DNA of 64,000 nucleotides, from contig CH464491.1 of NCBI GenBank assembly GCA_000002445.1, forward strand, positions 2,016,001 through 2,080,000. The letters are read 5' to 3'. Below, piece after piece: positions 43,325 through 53,620 of the stretch. The notes under the pieces are model-generated. The model was not told where the DNA came from. It searched no databases and saw only the letters and a program-made list of their open reading frames with translations. The stretch comes from Trypanosoma brucei (Eukaryota). A program made the translations under genes and the position numbers. The stretch's first letter is position 1. Each line of letters begins with the position of its first letter.

Positions 43325-46300
43325 ATGGAAGACTCTAACGAAGTTGCGTTACGGGGTTTGAGGACAGCGCCTGGAACGCGGCGTGCGAGTCCGCAAGGGG
43401 ACACTAAGCTCAATCTAGTGCCGGAGCCACCACTACCACGCACTGGTGCGTCGATGCTTACAATACCAGTGGTGAAGTTGCTCCACTGCGCGGTCCGTGA
43501 CGTCGTTGAGCAGCAAGCGCCTTCCCTCAAATGTAGTTTATATGACGATGAGGAGGTCACGAACGAAGTGGTCAACCATTTGTTGCATGACACCGCTGTG
43601 GACGGCGTCACGACCCTTGATGTGCTGACGGCGAAGTGGCGGCAGGTTCTCTCAGAATCTCTGAATGCCAATGGCACTGTTTCGGACGCGGAGCGCGCCA
43701 CGCTTCCAGTTACCCCAGGGCCTAGTGAGGCAGAGTGCAATGAGATTCTGGAGCCGGTCACCGACGCCGGTGTGATTTTGAGTCAAAGCCCAGCAAGTGT
43801 TAACGTGCTTCGCCTTGACTGTGATAGTGAACTCTCACTGGATGGTCTGCATACAGAAGATAGTCAGAACACCCATGCTGACGCCCATGAGTTTATTGAT
43901 GCTTGTTTAAATGGATGGTTAAAGGACGGTCACCTAGTTCCTGGCGAGAAAAGGAATGCATTCGTGAGTGCGCTTCGCGTTGTGTCAGACGCGGATAGCG
44001 ATGTGGTTGTGTCAGACAGTCATTGGGATTTCTGGAGGGGCTCCCTGCTGGCCTGTTTGGAGCAACCAACAATTGCTTGGGAAGCAGCAGACCTGATTGT
44101 AGCGTTTCTGTGCAGTCGCTGTTCATCGACGCAGAAGCTTCTTTTGGTAGAAAGTGTCACGAGGATGCTTCGACAGTACAGCCAACAAAACGAAAGTGGA
44201 AGATCACCAGAGGTCTTGTTGCACCTACTCCACAAGCTTGTGCTTCGCCTGGCGGGAGACATAGATTTGCTATTGGATGATGAATTGGGAGGTCTGTTTC
44301 ATCACGTTATCGAATCTGTGATTGAACACATCACTTACTTTGGGGCTGTTGATCCACAAGGGCAGTGGCTGAAAGAGCTTCTGGTGCGTCCAGCACTTAC
44401 CCGTCATGTTATTCGGCTGCCAGAGACTCAGCATGCCCTGGTGAGTAAGCTACTAGATGCTTTTCCCACGACTCATGCGGTGGGACTGACGCTGGTGATG
44501 TTGCCTTTGTGGGTGCAAAAACACAATACTAAGGGTATATTTGCCTCGTTGCTTTCGTGTGTGGTTAACGGGGTTATGACTGGGACTGTTCGGCGTGACA
44601 TGGTTGGAGATGCGTTAGTTTGTATTAGGCGTTGTGCTCGCGGCTTGCATTATTCCAGGCGCTATGAATATGTTAACCAGATTTGCAACATCCTTGCTAG
44701 CAGCGGTAGTGACACAAGAGTGGAGGACAAAAACTGTGGCAATGACCGGAGGTTGTGGCGGTTAGGTTTGCCGCTTCTCCTCGTTTTCTCAGTGCCATCC
44801 GGTCATGATTGTGACAAGGGCTACCGTCTTTTGCCAGGTCAACTGAGGCAACTGGAGAAATGCCTGCTTAGACGCACCGAGCTGTGGTCAGAGGAGTCTC
44901 CGGAAGATCGCGAAATCATTAGCTCTTTTTGGTGTGAAATGCTCCACTGGTACGCAGTGCAGCTGCGCAAGGTAGTGAAGCGTGTTGTAAAGACCGTGGG
45001 CAGCGGGGTTAGCCGATCAGCTGTACCATGGGATGAGAGACACCTGGTTTCCATCAGCACCGTTACTCCTGCTTGGCGTGAACTTGAGAATATTCTCACG
45101 AACAGGGGACGCCATCAACCTCCTGACTACACAACGGTCCTTCAGTGCATGTGTTCTCACAGTGTGCTTGCCACGTCTCCCCAGTATTTTCTTCAGCAGA
45201 ACGTTCAGGTCCCGCAGCGAGATCGATATGCTTTGTTAAATACGAAGCATGAAATTTGGTGGTTACTCATGCGGTGGTGCAGCAGCGCTCCGCTGCGTCA
45301 CGAGCTGTTTCTTGCGACCGGGAGGGTGCTTAAACTGCTCACTAATAGCGAAAGCACTATAAATGAGACCCTCCTCATAGTCCCAGTGGAGGAGTTGGAG
45401 GGGGAGGTGCAGGTTCTGCACACGATTCCGACGGAGGAAATGGAGAAGCGGCGAAGGATAGCGCTTTTTCAATCAATACGCCTATGGATAGCTGCGTTGA
45501 CGCCCCCAGTTGATACTACACCCTTAACCCGTTGGGATGTGGCTGGTGCATTCCTCCAGCAAATCAAGCGGCACTGGATAGACCGCGAGCAAGGCGACAC
45601 GTCAGCGCGTCTATCGTTTGGTGATGACTCTTTGCTTTTACTGCTCTGCGTATATACCATAGGTACATTGACAGGTGCCGTTCTCAATGGCAGTGGAACT
45701 CATCCACCGGACCTTGACAACGCGCTACGTCGAATATTGTTGGATCGTCGGGGCTTCGACCCCGTTCAGCAGCTTCTGTTGTATTTGACCACATGTGCTG
45801 ACTGCAGTGGTCTCACTGATATATTAGCCCATAGATTCGATGCGGTGAGCGAACCCCTTTGGCGAGTGGAGGAATACCGCAACGCCAAGCCAACAGTTAG
45901 TTGTTCACCACTTCCCGTGGGACAAAAAGAGTTGCACCTCTTCAAAAAACATGTTGGAGAGTCATTAGACCAAAGCTACTGTGCCTCTGATGGGTATTAC
46001 TCATCGGGGATGGAACAGGTTTTGATGTTAATCCTTCAGCTGCATGAGGGAAATATAGCTTCAGCAGCAGCCTCTTTGGGATCGTTTCCCCTATCAACGT
46101 GGGAAGCATACGGAGGTGTTAAGGAACTTTCAGCTAGAATTGTCGAATCCATACGTGAAACTCACCCACACATGGAGGGCCTCCTCCGTCTTCATGGTGT
46201 CGATTTGTACTACCTTTCGCTTCTCTGTACCAGTCGCTGGCTTCGGGATCCGTGGAGGGCGGCAGATGTTGCTAGGACCTCTGTTGATATTTTTGTACGC

Positions 46301-46489
46301 CGAGGTTGGAAGGCGTGGGAAAATACCGTGGCGGAATCTCTTTGTGCATATATAACAATGATACATGAGCAGTTTCAGCGGCACCAAAGCCTTTTGTTGT
46401 GCCCATGGGAGGAAACAGCTGTCTTTCCAGTAAGTTATTTCTGGGCTTCGTGTATTACTAATAAATTTACATTGGTAAGGTCTAGCTAG
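43325..46489 (+). CDS. Large hypothetical protein (1054 aa), helical-repeat-like
   Basis: The track start at 43250 is GTG; the first ATG is at 43325. A 3.1-kb open frame rich in Leu/Ala/Val and predicted helices. No catalytic motifs recognised. Confidence 0.65.
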   Translation: MEDSNEVALRGLRTAPGTRRASPQGDTKLNLVPEPPLPRTGASMLTIPVVKLLHCAVRDVVEQQAPSLKCSLYDDEEVTNEVVNHLLHDTAVDGVTTLDVLTAKWRQVLSESLNANGTVSDAERATLPVTPGPSEAECNEILEPVTDAGVILSQSPASVNVLRLDCDSELSLDGLHTEDSQNTHADAHEFIDACLNGWLKDGHLVPGEKRNAFVSALRVVSDADSDVVVSDSHWDFWRGSLLACLEQPTIAWEAADLIVAFLCSRCSSTQKLLLVESVTRMLRQYSQQNESGRSPEVLLHLLHKLVLRLAGDIDLLLDDELGGLFHHVIESVIEHITYFGAVDPQGQWLKELLVRPALTRHVIRLPETQHALVSKLLDAFPTTHAVGLTLVMLPLWVQKHNTKGIFASLLSCVVNGVMTGTVRRDMVGDALVCIRRCARGLHYSRRYEYVNQICNILASSGSDTRVEDKNCGNDRRLWRLGLPLLLVFSVPSGHDCDKGYRLLPGQLRQLEKCLLRRTELWSEESPEDREIISSFWCEMLHWYAVQLRKVVKRVVKTVGSGVSRSAVPWDERHLVSISTVTPAWRELENILTNRGRHQPPDYTTVLQCMCSHSVLATSPQYFLQQNVQVPQRDRYALLNTKHEIWWLLMRWCSSAPLRHELFLATGRVLKLLTNSESTINETLLIVPVEELEGEVQVLHTIPTEEMEKRRRIALFQSIRLWIAALTPPVDTTPLTRWDVAGAFLQQIKRHWIDREQGDTSARLSFGDDSLLLLLCVYTIGTLTGAVLNGSGTHPPDLDNALRRILLDRRGFDPVQQLLLYLTTCADCSGLTDILAHRFDAVSEPLWRVEEYRNAKPTVSCSPLPVGQKELHLFKKHVGESLDQSYCASDGYYSSGMEQVLMLILQLHEGNIASAAASLGSFPLSTWEAYGGVKELSARIVESIRETHPHMEGLLRLHGVDLYYLSLLCTSRWLRDPWRAADVARTSVDIFVRRGWKAWENTVAESLCAYITMIHEQFQRHQSLLLCPWEETAVFPVSYFWASCITNKFTLVRSS

Positions 46490-47513
46490 GAAGTCCCTGG
46501 TGGAAATATCTCTTCGTTGAATATTGTCCGAACATGGTTTCGATGCGCACCAACGTGTTTGTTCAGTCAGCTTCTATTGTTCTCACCCACTGCATTGGTC
46601 GCCGTTTTTTCCCCCATCATATGTTTATTTCCTTTCTTTATGTGAACGATCCGTGTTTTTCCCGACACTTCTTTTGTTGCTACTGCTGTTGTGGTAGTAG
46701 TAGTAAACGCGCCTGTCATGTGCTGCAATGAGGTTAAGGAAAGCAAGTGTTCGCACGGCGGTGACGTGAGGAGGGCCTTTGCTCGTGGGCTGTATTAACT
46801 CAGGTTGGTGGTGACACTTTCTGAATAGCTCGGGTTAAATATTTTTTGTCCTTCCTACAAGGTGTCTGGGTGACGAGCGTTTTTGTTTTTTTTTTCATCG
46901 GCCGTATCGCCCTTAACTGCGCTGTAGATGGTTGCACCGTTACAAGTAACTCTCCTTCAACTATTTTGCTTTGCCGAGGAGGGCCAGGATGTTATTGCAA
47001 CTTGTTTTTGTTTTTTACCCCGTTACGTCGCATTCACTCAACACTACCGTGTCACGGTTGAGAAACTCAGAGCGCGGGAGCCGACTTGTCGTGTATGCGT
47101 GTAGAGGGGAGCTGTTCCTTCTATTTTTTATTACTCGTCTCTCGAATAATAGTAACAATAACATAAGAAGTGGTAAAGGCGACTAACTTTTGCACTGAGT
47201 CGTTTCTAGAGGGAGTTACAGTTGTAGAGGAAAGGGACTAGGGGGTATCAGTGGTAAGTGGGGCAAAGTACAGCGGTTTCTTCTTATTTTTCCTTTACGA
47301 AAAAAAAAAGGGAGGAGGGGGTGCACAAGTAAAACAGCGTTAGCAAGGATGTAGGTGGAGGGAGAGAAGAAATTGTTTTGAACAGGAACGTTGTCATGAT
47401 ATCGGTGCTGTGGGACATGATCGTTAAACTGAGGGTTAGTGTTTCTGATGGTAATAAATGGAGCCTTACGTCGATGCAAAGAAAACACGTTCTTGTGTTG
47501 GTTTCACCAACGA

Positions 47514-47550
47514 CCTTTTCGTTGCTTTTTTTTTTTGCTTTTTACACAAG
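47514..47550 (+). promoter_or_regulatory. Polypyrimidine tract with AG upstream of the GP63 gene
   Basis: The tract 'ccttttcgttgctttttttttttgctttttacacaag' ends 29 nt before the ATG at 47579. Confidence 0.5.
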
Positions 47551-47578
47551 GATACAGACCCACCGCATATTTTAGCAT

Positions 47579-49606
47579 ATGCTTCACCATAAATTAGATA
47601 CAGTGAGCGTCATCGCACTCTTGTTGACACTCCGTGGTACCGTCGCTGACGACAACATCACTGGGGAGGAAGAGGGGACAGGGCACCGATGCATGCACAA
47701 TGATGTTGCCGTTCCATACGATGAGCTTCCCTCCATGGACGCCGTTCATGATTTGCAAACGGCACACGTGGCGGAGGTTTCCAACAATACTGAAGGTGAG
47801 GGAAACAAGAGCAAAAGTGTTGAACGGAAAAATGTGCGGTTTCACATAAAATACGCGTTAGGCGAGACCTGCAAAGGAATCGGAATGACTGTTCCCACCT
47901 ACATCAAGGGAACTACCAAGGAATGCACCGAGGATGATGTGCTGACGAAATGGAAACTTCGCTCTGTCAAGGTCATGATGGAGGCTGCTACAAAATTTCT
48001 TAGTTCTGCGCTTCTTGTAGATCCCCTGGAAGCGGTGAACGTTCCAGGGGGTAAGTGCTCAGGGGTTCAGGTCCCCAAAATGACCGTACCGAATGCGGAT
48101 TACGTTGTGTTTGTGACGATCAACCCACGACCAGAAGAGGAAACCACGACAGTCGCGTGGGCCGCTGCGTGTCTGAAAGATACTCGGTCAGGTAGACCTG
48201 TCGTGGGCCACATCAATTTCATCCCCGCTGCCATCCAACGGAACCCATCAAGTCTTGCTGAACATGTGGCTATGCACGAGCTCGCGCATGCCATCGGCTT
48301 TAGTGATATTGCTGAAACGATGTTAAGAGCACCTAATGGATTGGGTGCGAAAGGCTCGCAAAGAGTGTATCGTAAAGGACTGGGGAAAGCGGTCACACTT
48401 ATTACCTCGCCCAAGGTTCTGAAGGTCGCCCGGGAGTACTATGGTTGCCCCGGCCTTGATGGTGTTGAGGTTGAGGATGCTGGAAGTGAGGGCACGCGGG
48501 GCTCGCACTGGAAGAAACGAATTTTGTTTAACGAGGCCCTCGTTGGTAGTGTAACGTCCGGGCAGCTGTTTTTTTCTCCTCTAACTCTCGCTTACTTTGA
48601 GGACCTTGGATTTTACACGGCCAACTACTCTACCGCAGAGACGGGCATGACCTGGGGGAAGGGCAGAGGGTGCGACTTTTTGTATCAGAAGTGCGATAAT
48701 CATCCCCGGGAGTGGGGAGAGTTCTGTTTTCGTAAAGAAATGTTCGTGTCCACCTGTACATTGGACCGAAGCAGCTTAGGGGCGTGCGATATTACAACTC
48801 ACCCCGAGGATCTCCCTCAGCTTTATCGGTACTTTGATGATCCTCGAGTTGGCGGCTCCTCCGCGGAGATGGATTATTGTCCCACCGTAATGGGGTTTGT
48901 TAATGCGTACTGTACTGCGGAGCTAGGTTTTGCTTTTATGAACGTCTTCGGTAATGAAATGGGTGTGCACAGTCTGTGTTATGACTCCGACGTCATCACA
49001 AGTGTGTTTCCCAACTTCCCCTTCGCGGCACGATGCTTTCCAACAACGTGTACACCCTCTGGACAGCTTCTGCTGCGTGTGCAGGGGCGTACGGTTGCGT
49101 GCCCACGTGACGGTAAAGCGGGATTGGGTGACACCTCGAAGTTGAAGGGTGTTCACGGTAAGGTCCAATGCCCCCCTAGTGAGAACTTTTGCAAAAATTC
49201 TGGTAATGGTATTTCTAAGCTGCAGCTTGCGTCGGTTGCGGACGAGGTGGATGGTAGTTCAAACACGGAAAGAATCGGACACTCACTTATATCTCCTACA
49301 CCGCATACATGGAACAGTGAAGACATGGGGAGCTGCAGCAGTCGCCTCGCTTGTCTGAAAGATATTCCGCCCCCCTTTCCGGCGTGCAGCCTGGCTGCAA
49401 GGAAGGTGAAGGAGTGTCTCGGGAATGATTGCCCAGGGAGTGCGCAGCAATGGCGATATGCAAATGAAGTAGGTAATAGTTGCTTGAACCCAGAGGGTAT
49501 GGTGGCCATGTGTATGGATGGCTGGAGAGGTGTAAATGAATTGTGTGGGGCAGTAGATCCTGAATCCAAGTTGGGACGAAGCTACCGATCGATGCTTCCC
49601 TTCTAA
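47579..49606 (+). CDS. GP63/leishmanolysin-like (M8) zinc metalloprotease, major surface protease family
   Basis: ATG at 47579 with a signal-peptide-like N-terminus (VSVIALLLTLRGTVA). Zinc-binding 'VAMHELAHAIGFS' (HExxH). Cys-rich C-terminal half typical of GP63. The C-terminus 'RSYRSMLPF' is not hydrophobic. Confidence 0.85.
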   Translation: MLHHKLDTVSVIALLLTLRGTVADDNITGEEEGTGHRCMHNDVAVPYDELPSMDAVHDLQTAHVAEVSNNTEGEGNKSKSVERKNVRFHIKYALGETCKGIGMTVPTYIKGTTKECTEDDVLTKWKLRSVKVMMEAATKFLSSALLVDPLEAVNVPGGKCSGVQVPKMTVPNADYVVFVTINPRPEEETTTVAWAAACLKDTRSGRPVVGHINFIPAAIQRNPSSLAEHVAMHELAHAIGFSDIAETMLRAPNGLGAKGSQRVYRKGLGKAVTLITSPKVLKVAREYYGCPGLDGVEVEDAGSEGTRGSHWKKRILFNEALVGSVTSGQLFFSPLTLAYFEDLGFYTANYSTAETGMTWGKGRGCDFLYQKCDNHPREWGEFCFRKEMFVSTCTLDRSSLGACDITTHPEDLPQLYRYFDDPRVGGSSAEMDYCPTVMGFVNAYCTAELGFAFMNVFGNEMGVHSLCYDSDVITSVFPNFPFAARCFPTTCTPSGQLLLRVQGRTVACPRDGKAGLGDTSKLKGVHGKVQCPPSENFCKNSGNGISKLQLASVADEVDGSSNTERIGHSLISPTPHTWNSEDMGSCSSRLACLKDIPPPFPACSLAARKVKECLGNDCPGSAQQWRYANEVGNSCLNPEGMVAMCMDGWRGVNELCGAVDPESKLGRSYRSMLPF

Positions 49607-49624
49607 TGTTCGCCCCTCCGAAAG

Positions 49625-49634
49625 GGGGGGGGGC
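49625..49634. repeat. G10 homopolymer, 18 nt downstream of the GP63 stop codon
   Basis: The run 'aaaggggggggggcgaaag'. Confidence 0.9.
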
Positions 49635-50544
49635 GAAAGCATGTTCGTTGGGCCTATGATAGCCGTCGGTATTGTAGTCGGAGATGGGGAAACATAAGGA
49701 ACGTAAATACTTTTTTAGGAAAGGTTGTTCCATAATTGCCCTTCGAGTATGTTCCATATGCTTATGTACTCTCCGTTCCCTTCCCACAGTTTGTAAGCAG
49801 GCACATGCTTGTACGATTGGAGGTGATTATATGATAAATCATGTGCCCCACGAAGTAATGCCCATTCTCTTATCTGCCCCGATAAAGTTCACAATTGAAA
49901 ACGCATGATGGTTCGGGTGGTGAGACGATGCCACAACATATCGGTAGCACATCACATTTGCTGAACCGTTAAGGATGCTTGAGGAACGGATAAACATCGC
50001 AAGGTGCTAGAGAACGCGAGTGCTATAGAGGGCGAGCGGGAGACGACGGTGGTTCCTCTCCAGTCTTAAGTTTGCTTCACTCAGGTGGTACGCGAGAGGC
50101 GTGTGGCTCTCCACGCTTTCCCCCATCCATCTTATGACGGTATTGACACTTCATTAGTTGTACTGCACTCGTCCGAACGTGTCATTGTTGTTTCTTCTTT
50201 TTTTTTTTTTATTGCGGGGAACTGCATGGACTGCATCAATGCTGCCAACAGTGGCTCACAGGTATACTGCAGGTCACAAGTGTCTAACCGTTTGCTGGCG
50301 CAAGGCGGTTGTTTTACGGTTCTACTTTTTTCCTTACCCTGGTGGGTATGTTTCGTAATTTTAACAATTGCACCCTTGAAATGTAGCATGTGGTGTGTTT
50401 GCCTATCAAAGAATCACAATGACTGCCTGCATTAACTGTTGCATATGTTTATATTTCGTTTCGTCGCTGTGGTTGTTTCCAAACCCGCTCAATCACTCCT
50501 TTTGGTTCACGTAGAAAGGCTGAATTTGTTGTGCCTGATCAGTA

Positions 50545-51513
50545 ATGGGAGAGGAGGTAGTTAGGTTAGATGGACATGGCGTAACTGATGGCACGGTGGC
50601 TGGTTTGTGTGATCACCGTAATATCCGACGCGTGGAATTAACGAACTGCACCCGCATCACTGATATCAGCCCATTGGCCAATATTTTTACGCTCGAAGAG
50701 GTGGTCATACGCAACTGCCAGTCCGTGCGTTACGTTGGAACACTTGGCCAATCGCAGCCGTCTCTGCGCAGAATTGAATTCACGGGGACCCCTCTGACAG
50801 GAGAGCAGCTGCAACTTCTTAGAAGTGCGCAAGCGCAATTAATTCTTAGAGACGGCGACTTTCCAGTACAACTGAAGCAACCAGGACAACTCCTCGTCAA
50901 GGAATCCATCGATGTTGTCAAGGGCATCGTAAGTCAGTTCAAGCCTGAAGAAATTGGGATTGCCTTCAATGGTGGCAAGGATTCTGTGGTTATGATGGAC
51001 ATCCTCTACTGTGTCATGGGGGCAGAATTCATTTCTCAGTGTTGTGTGTTTCATCTCAACACAATCAACGATAAGGAGTTTCACGAAGTGGTGGAGTTCA
51101 GGAAGGCATTCGCTGCTGCCAGAAAACTCTCTATAGTTCAATCTGATCAGATGTTATCCATGAAGGACGGGCTTGAACAAGTCAAGAAAACGATGGGTAT
51201 TCGAGTAGCTTTCATGGGAACGCGCAAAGCGGACGGTTGCCATCAAATGACTGGTGTAGAGAGAACCACGGCGGGCTGGCCTGATCTGCTGCGCGCCTGC
51301 CCGCTGTTTTGTTGGGAGTATGAAGATGTTTGGGGCTACATACGGACCTATGATCTTCCCTTCTGTGAATTGTATGAAAAAGGATATACTTCCCTTGGAG
51401 GCGCGAACAGCACCATTCCAAATTCTCACCTGTCCCGCGAGGATGGAACGTTCCGCCCCGCCTGGGAATTGGCTAATGGGAGGTCTGAGCGATGTGGAAG
51501 GCTAAGCACATGA
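50545..51513 (+). CDS. Leucine-rich-repeat N-terminal region fused to an FAD synthetase (FMN adenylyltransferase, PAPS-reductase-like fold)
   Basis: ATG at 50545. N-terminal leucine-rich repeats (LTNCTRITDISPLANIFTLEEVVIRNCQSVRYVG...). PP-loop 'IGIAFNGGKDSVVMMDILYCV' and a downstream FAD1-like region 'MGTRKADG...GWPD...CPLFCWEYEDVWGYIRTYDLPFCELYEKGYTSLG'. Confidence 0.75.
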   Translation: MGEEVVRLDGHGVTDGTVAGLCDHRNIRRVELTNCTRITDISPLANIFTLEEVVIRNCQSVRYVGTLGQSQPSLRRIEFTGTPLTGEQLQLLRSAQAQLILRDGDFPVQLKQPGQLLVKESIDVVKGIVSQFKPEEIGIAFNGGKDSVVMMDILYCVMGAEFISQCCVFHLNTINDKEFHEVVEFRKAFAAARKLSIVQSDQMLSMKDGLEQVKKTMGIRVAFMGTRKADGCHQMTGVERTTAGWPDLLRACPLFCWEYEDVWGYIRTYDLPFCELYEKGYTSLGGANSTIPNSHLSREDGTFRPAWELANGRSERCGRLST

Positions 51514-52059
51514 GGAGGCGGGGTATGATGTGGTGTGGCGCGCTCGAGATGGGGAAGGAGTTCGTGCGGCAGCGCAAATTAAGGAGGTGAAAGAAGGTGA
51601 GTGGAGCTAAAGGGGGATTGTGGGCGACAAAGAACAAGTCAGTTGTGATGGGCCACGGGGTGGGTGATCAACCGTTGTTATGCGTCTTACGGTTATTTTT
51701 TTAACGATATTTGGTGCGTTTCGTGGGGAGCTGCAGTTTTGCAGTGAACCGGAAAGTGTTGTACCACTTCGGTTTTTTTTTCTGCCGCTGGAGTTTTGGC
51801 GACGTAAACTGTATAATCTGTACTGTTCAGTTGGTGATAGTTCTGCAACTTTCTTTTGCTGGTTTGCAATATTGTGTGACTCTGTACTTTGTTGACATCA
51901 CACCAAAGGCTAATTACGGTACATCTTTTACAGGACAAACGAATTGGAGTACAACTTAGGGTTGTAAGGAGGAAATAGAAGTGACGAGGGAGAAAGCTGC
52001 CTTCGCTTTGGGTGTGGTGCTTCCTGTGCAATTTCATCCCTAAACTTTCTTCTTTCAGT

Positions 52060-52470
52060 ATGAGCCGTGCCAACGTGCCGTTCAATCCGATGAGGCGGAC
52101 CCCTCCGCCTCCACCCTGCATTGACACATTCACGCTCGTTCCCAGTGATTACATGTCGATGTTATCAGCAGATGGTCATAAATTCGTACTTCATCGTGAC
52201 TGTGCGTGTGCCTCACCTCTTATTCGTAAGGCACTTACAAATCTCGTGGACCCCGGCGTTCCGGAGATGCGCTTCGACTGGGCCAATGGTGACAATGAGC
52301 CTCCGGTTATTTACTTTACAAAAGCGCCAACTGCATTATTAGAGGTGGTTATCAAGTATCTGTACTACAAGCATAGATATGAAGGAGATACCGATTACCG
52401 ACCGCCATTCGACGTGCCACGCCAAATCGCCCTCGATATCATGAAGCTCGCGCAGGTACTCCAATGTTAA
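52060..52470 (+). CDS. Elongin C-like protein (Skp1/BTB-POZ fold)
   Basis: The track start at 52012 is GTG; the first ATG is at 52060. 'LVPSDYMSMLSADGHKFVLHRDCACASPLIRKAL' and 'LEVVIKYLYYKHRYEGDTDYRPPFDVPRQIALDIMKLAQVLQC' parallel the Elongin C pattern (I.SSDGHEF.V.R..A..SGTIKAML ... YF.YK.RY...EIPEF.I..E.ALELL.AANFLDC). Confidence 0.75.
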   Translation: MSRANVPFNPMRRTPPPPPCIDTFTLVPSDYMSMLSADGHKFVLHRDCACASPLIRKALTNLVDPGVPEMRFDWANGDNEPPVIYFTKAPTALLEVVIKYLYYKHRYEGDTDYRPPFDVPRQIALDIMKLAQVLQC

Positions 52471-52693
52471 CCACTCACCCTCTCTTTCGGTGGTTCTGCA
52501 TGTGCATGGACATGTGATATGTTGTTGCCTCTATACCAAAAGAGAGAGAAGGGCGAAATGTGTAGGTGTAAACAGCGATTCTTCAATCTAACCATGGTTT
52601 CACACCTGCGTGTCATAACACAAGCCCCTTTTTATGATTGCCATCCGCCTCTTCTCCTCGCACGGCTTTTTCTTCTGGTTTCAAGGGGTTATC

Positions 52694-53272
52694 ATGAAAA
52701 GGGCAAAGGCACTTGTTGTTGCCGAGCAGGCCACACCGCAAGTGATTCCATGTGAGCCGTCCTACATGGTGTGTTTAGAATCCTCTGATGGGCATCGTTT
52801 CTTAGTGGACCGAAACTGTGCTATGGTGAGTGGCGTGATGCGGCAAGCCATGCGCAACAAACTTTCAGATTTTGATGACAACAACTCCTCCCATGTGGCG
52901 GCAAACGCAACTTCCACCGCAGATGGGACGGTTTGTCCTGCCTCTCTGTCACCCACAACGTTTGAAACGGCTACCTTTTCCTCCTCCATCGCTTCCTCCG
53001 TATGCTCCGAGGATTGCGCGAGTACCATGGGAAACCTCATGTCACCCACGCAACGCGGGGAGGAGGTATGCACGATGACAAAAATTGGATCGTTAGAATA
53101 TGAAGTTATTAAACTGGATGAGATACCCGGGGACCTCCTTGACCTCGCAGTGCAAGAGATGTACTACAAGTACAGGTACGATGGGGAGCCGGAGAAGCGA
53201 CCGCAGGAACCAACGCATACTGTAGATATGAGGTACAAACTCGCTGCGTTGAGCGTCCTCCTAGATATGTAA
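52694..53272 (+). CDS. Second, divergent Elongin C/Skp1-fold paralogue with an internal S/T/A-rich insertion
   Basis: Same frame as the track ORF 52634..53272. Start placed at the ATG at 52694, since the first 20 track codons look like untranslated sequence. 'SYMVCLESSDGHRFLVDRNCAMVSGVMRQAMRN' and 'LDLAVQEMYYKYRYDGEPEKRPQEPTHTVDMRYKLAALSVLLDM' align with the upstream paralogue. They are separated by a low-complexity insertion of about 90 aa. Confidence 0.65.
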   Translation: MKRAKALVVAEQATPQVIPCEPSYMVCLESSDGHRFLVDRNCAMVSGVMRQAMRNKLSDFDDNNSSHVAANATSTADGTVCPASLSPTTFETATFSSSIASSVCSEDCASTMGNLMSPTQRGEEVCTMTKIGSLEYEVIKLDEIPGDLLDLAVQEMYYKYRYDGEPEKRPQEPTHTVDMRYKLAALSVLLDM

Positions 53273-53620
53273 TACCTTGCGGATCAGTTCTATTCACAAG
53301 CAGAAGTGGTGTTTGATCATGGTCACCCAGAGGGGGAAAGGGGGTCGGCGCGTGTGTGCATGTGCATGTATTGGGAGTGTAAAATTATTGTGATATGTGG
53401 TGGAACCCCGCGTCACACAAGAAACTGTCAGAGAAGCTGCATGTAGTGTCGTTCTCCCATGCTTTTTGATCTTCACTGCTTTTCGCACCGTGTTTTCTGC
53501 TGTTCTCACCCATTGATATTTCTTTTCAGTGGTGTTTTGCCCACCAGCACCTGGTGGTGACACCGCTTGGATTTTGTTTTCCGATTTTATTTTATTTTTC
53601 GTTGGCAGTGGGACGCTACG

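Noticed and set aside
52634-52693. The upstream ATG of the second Elongin C-like gene, which would add MIAIRLFSSHGFFFWFQGVI.
   Set aside because: These 20 residues are Phe-rich, derived from a pyrimidine tract (tttttatgattgccatccgcctcttctcctcgcacggctttttcttctggtttcaag) that looks like the splice-acceptor region itself. I start the gene at the next ATG, 52694. This is a judgement call, not a certainty.
9455-53620. N-terminal extensions of eleven track ORFs whose listed start is GTG or TTG rather than ATG. These are the track ORFs at 9455, 14229, 21527, 23913, 25131, 34647, 37547, 43250, 52012 and 53567, plus 66 at the window edge.
   Set aside because: I checked the nucleotides at each listed start. 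These begin with GTG or TTG, which are not start codons in a trypanosomatid nuclear genome. Several extensions run through pyrimidine-rich spacer sequence. I re-anchored each gene to the first in-frame ATG. The first gene is 5' partial instead.
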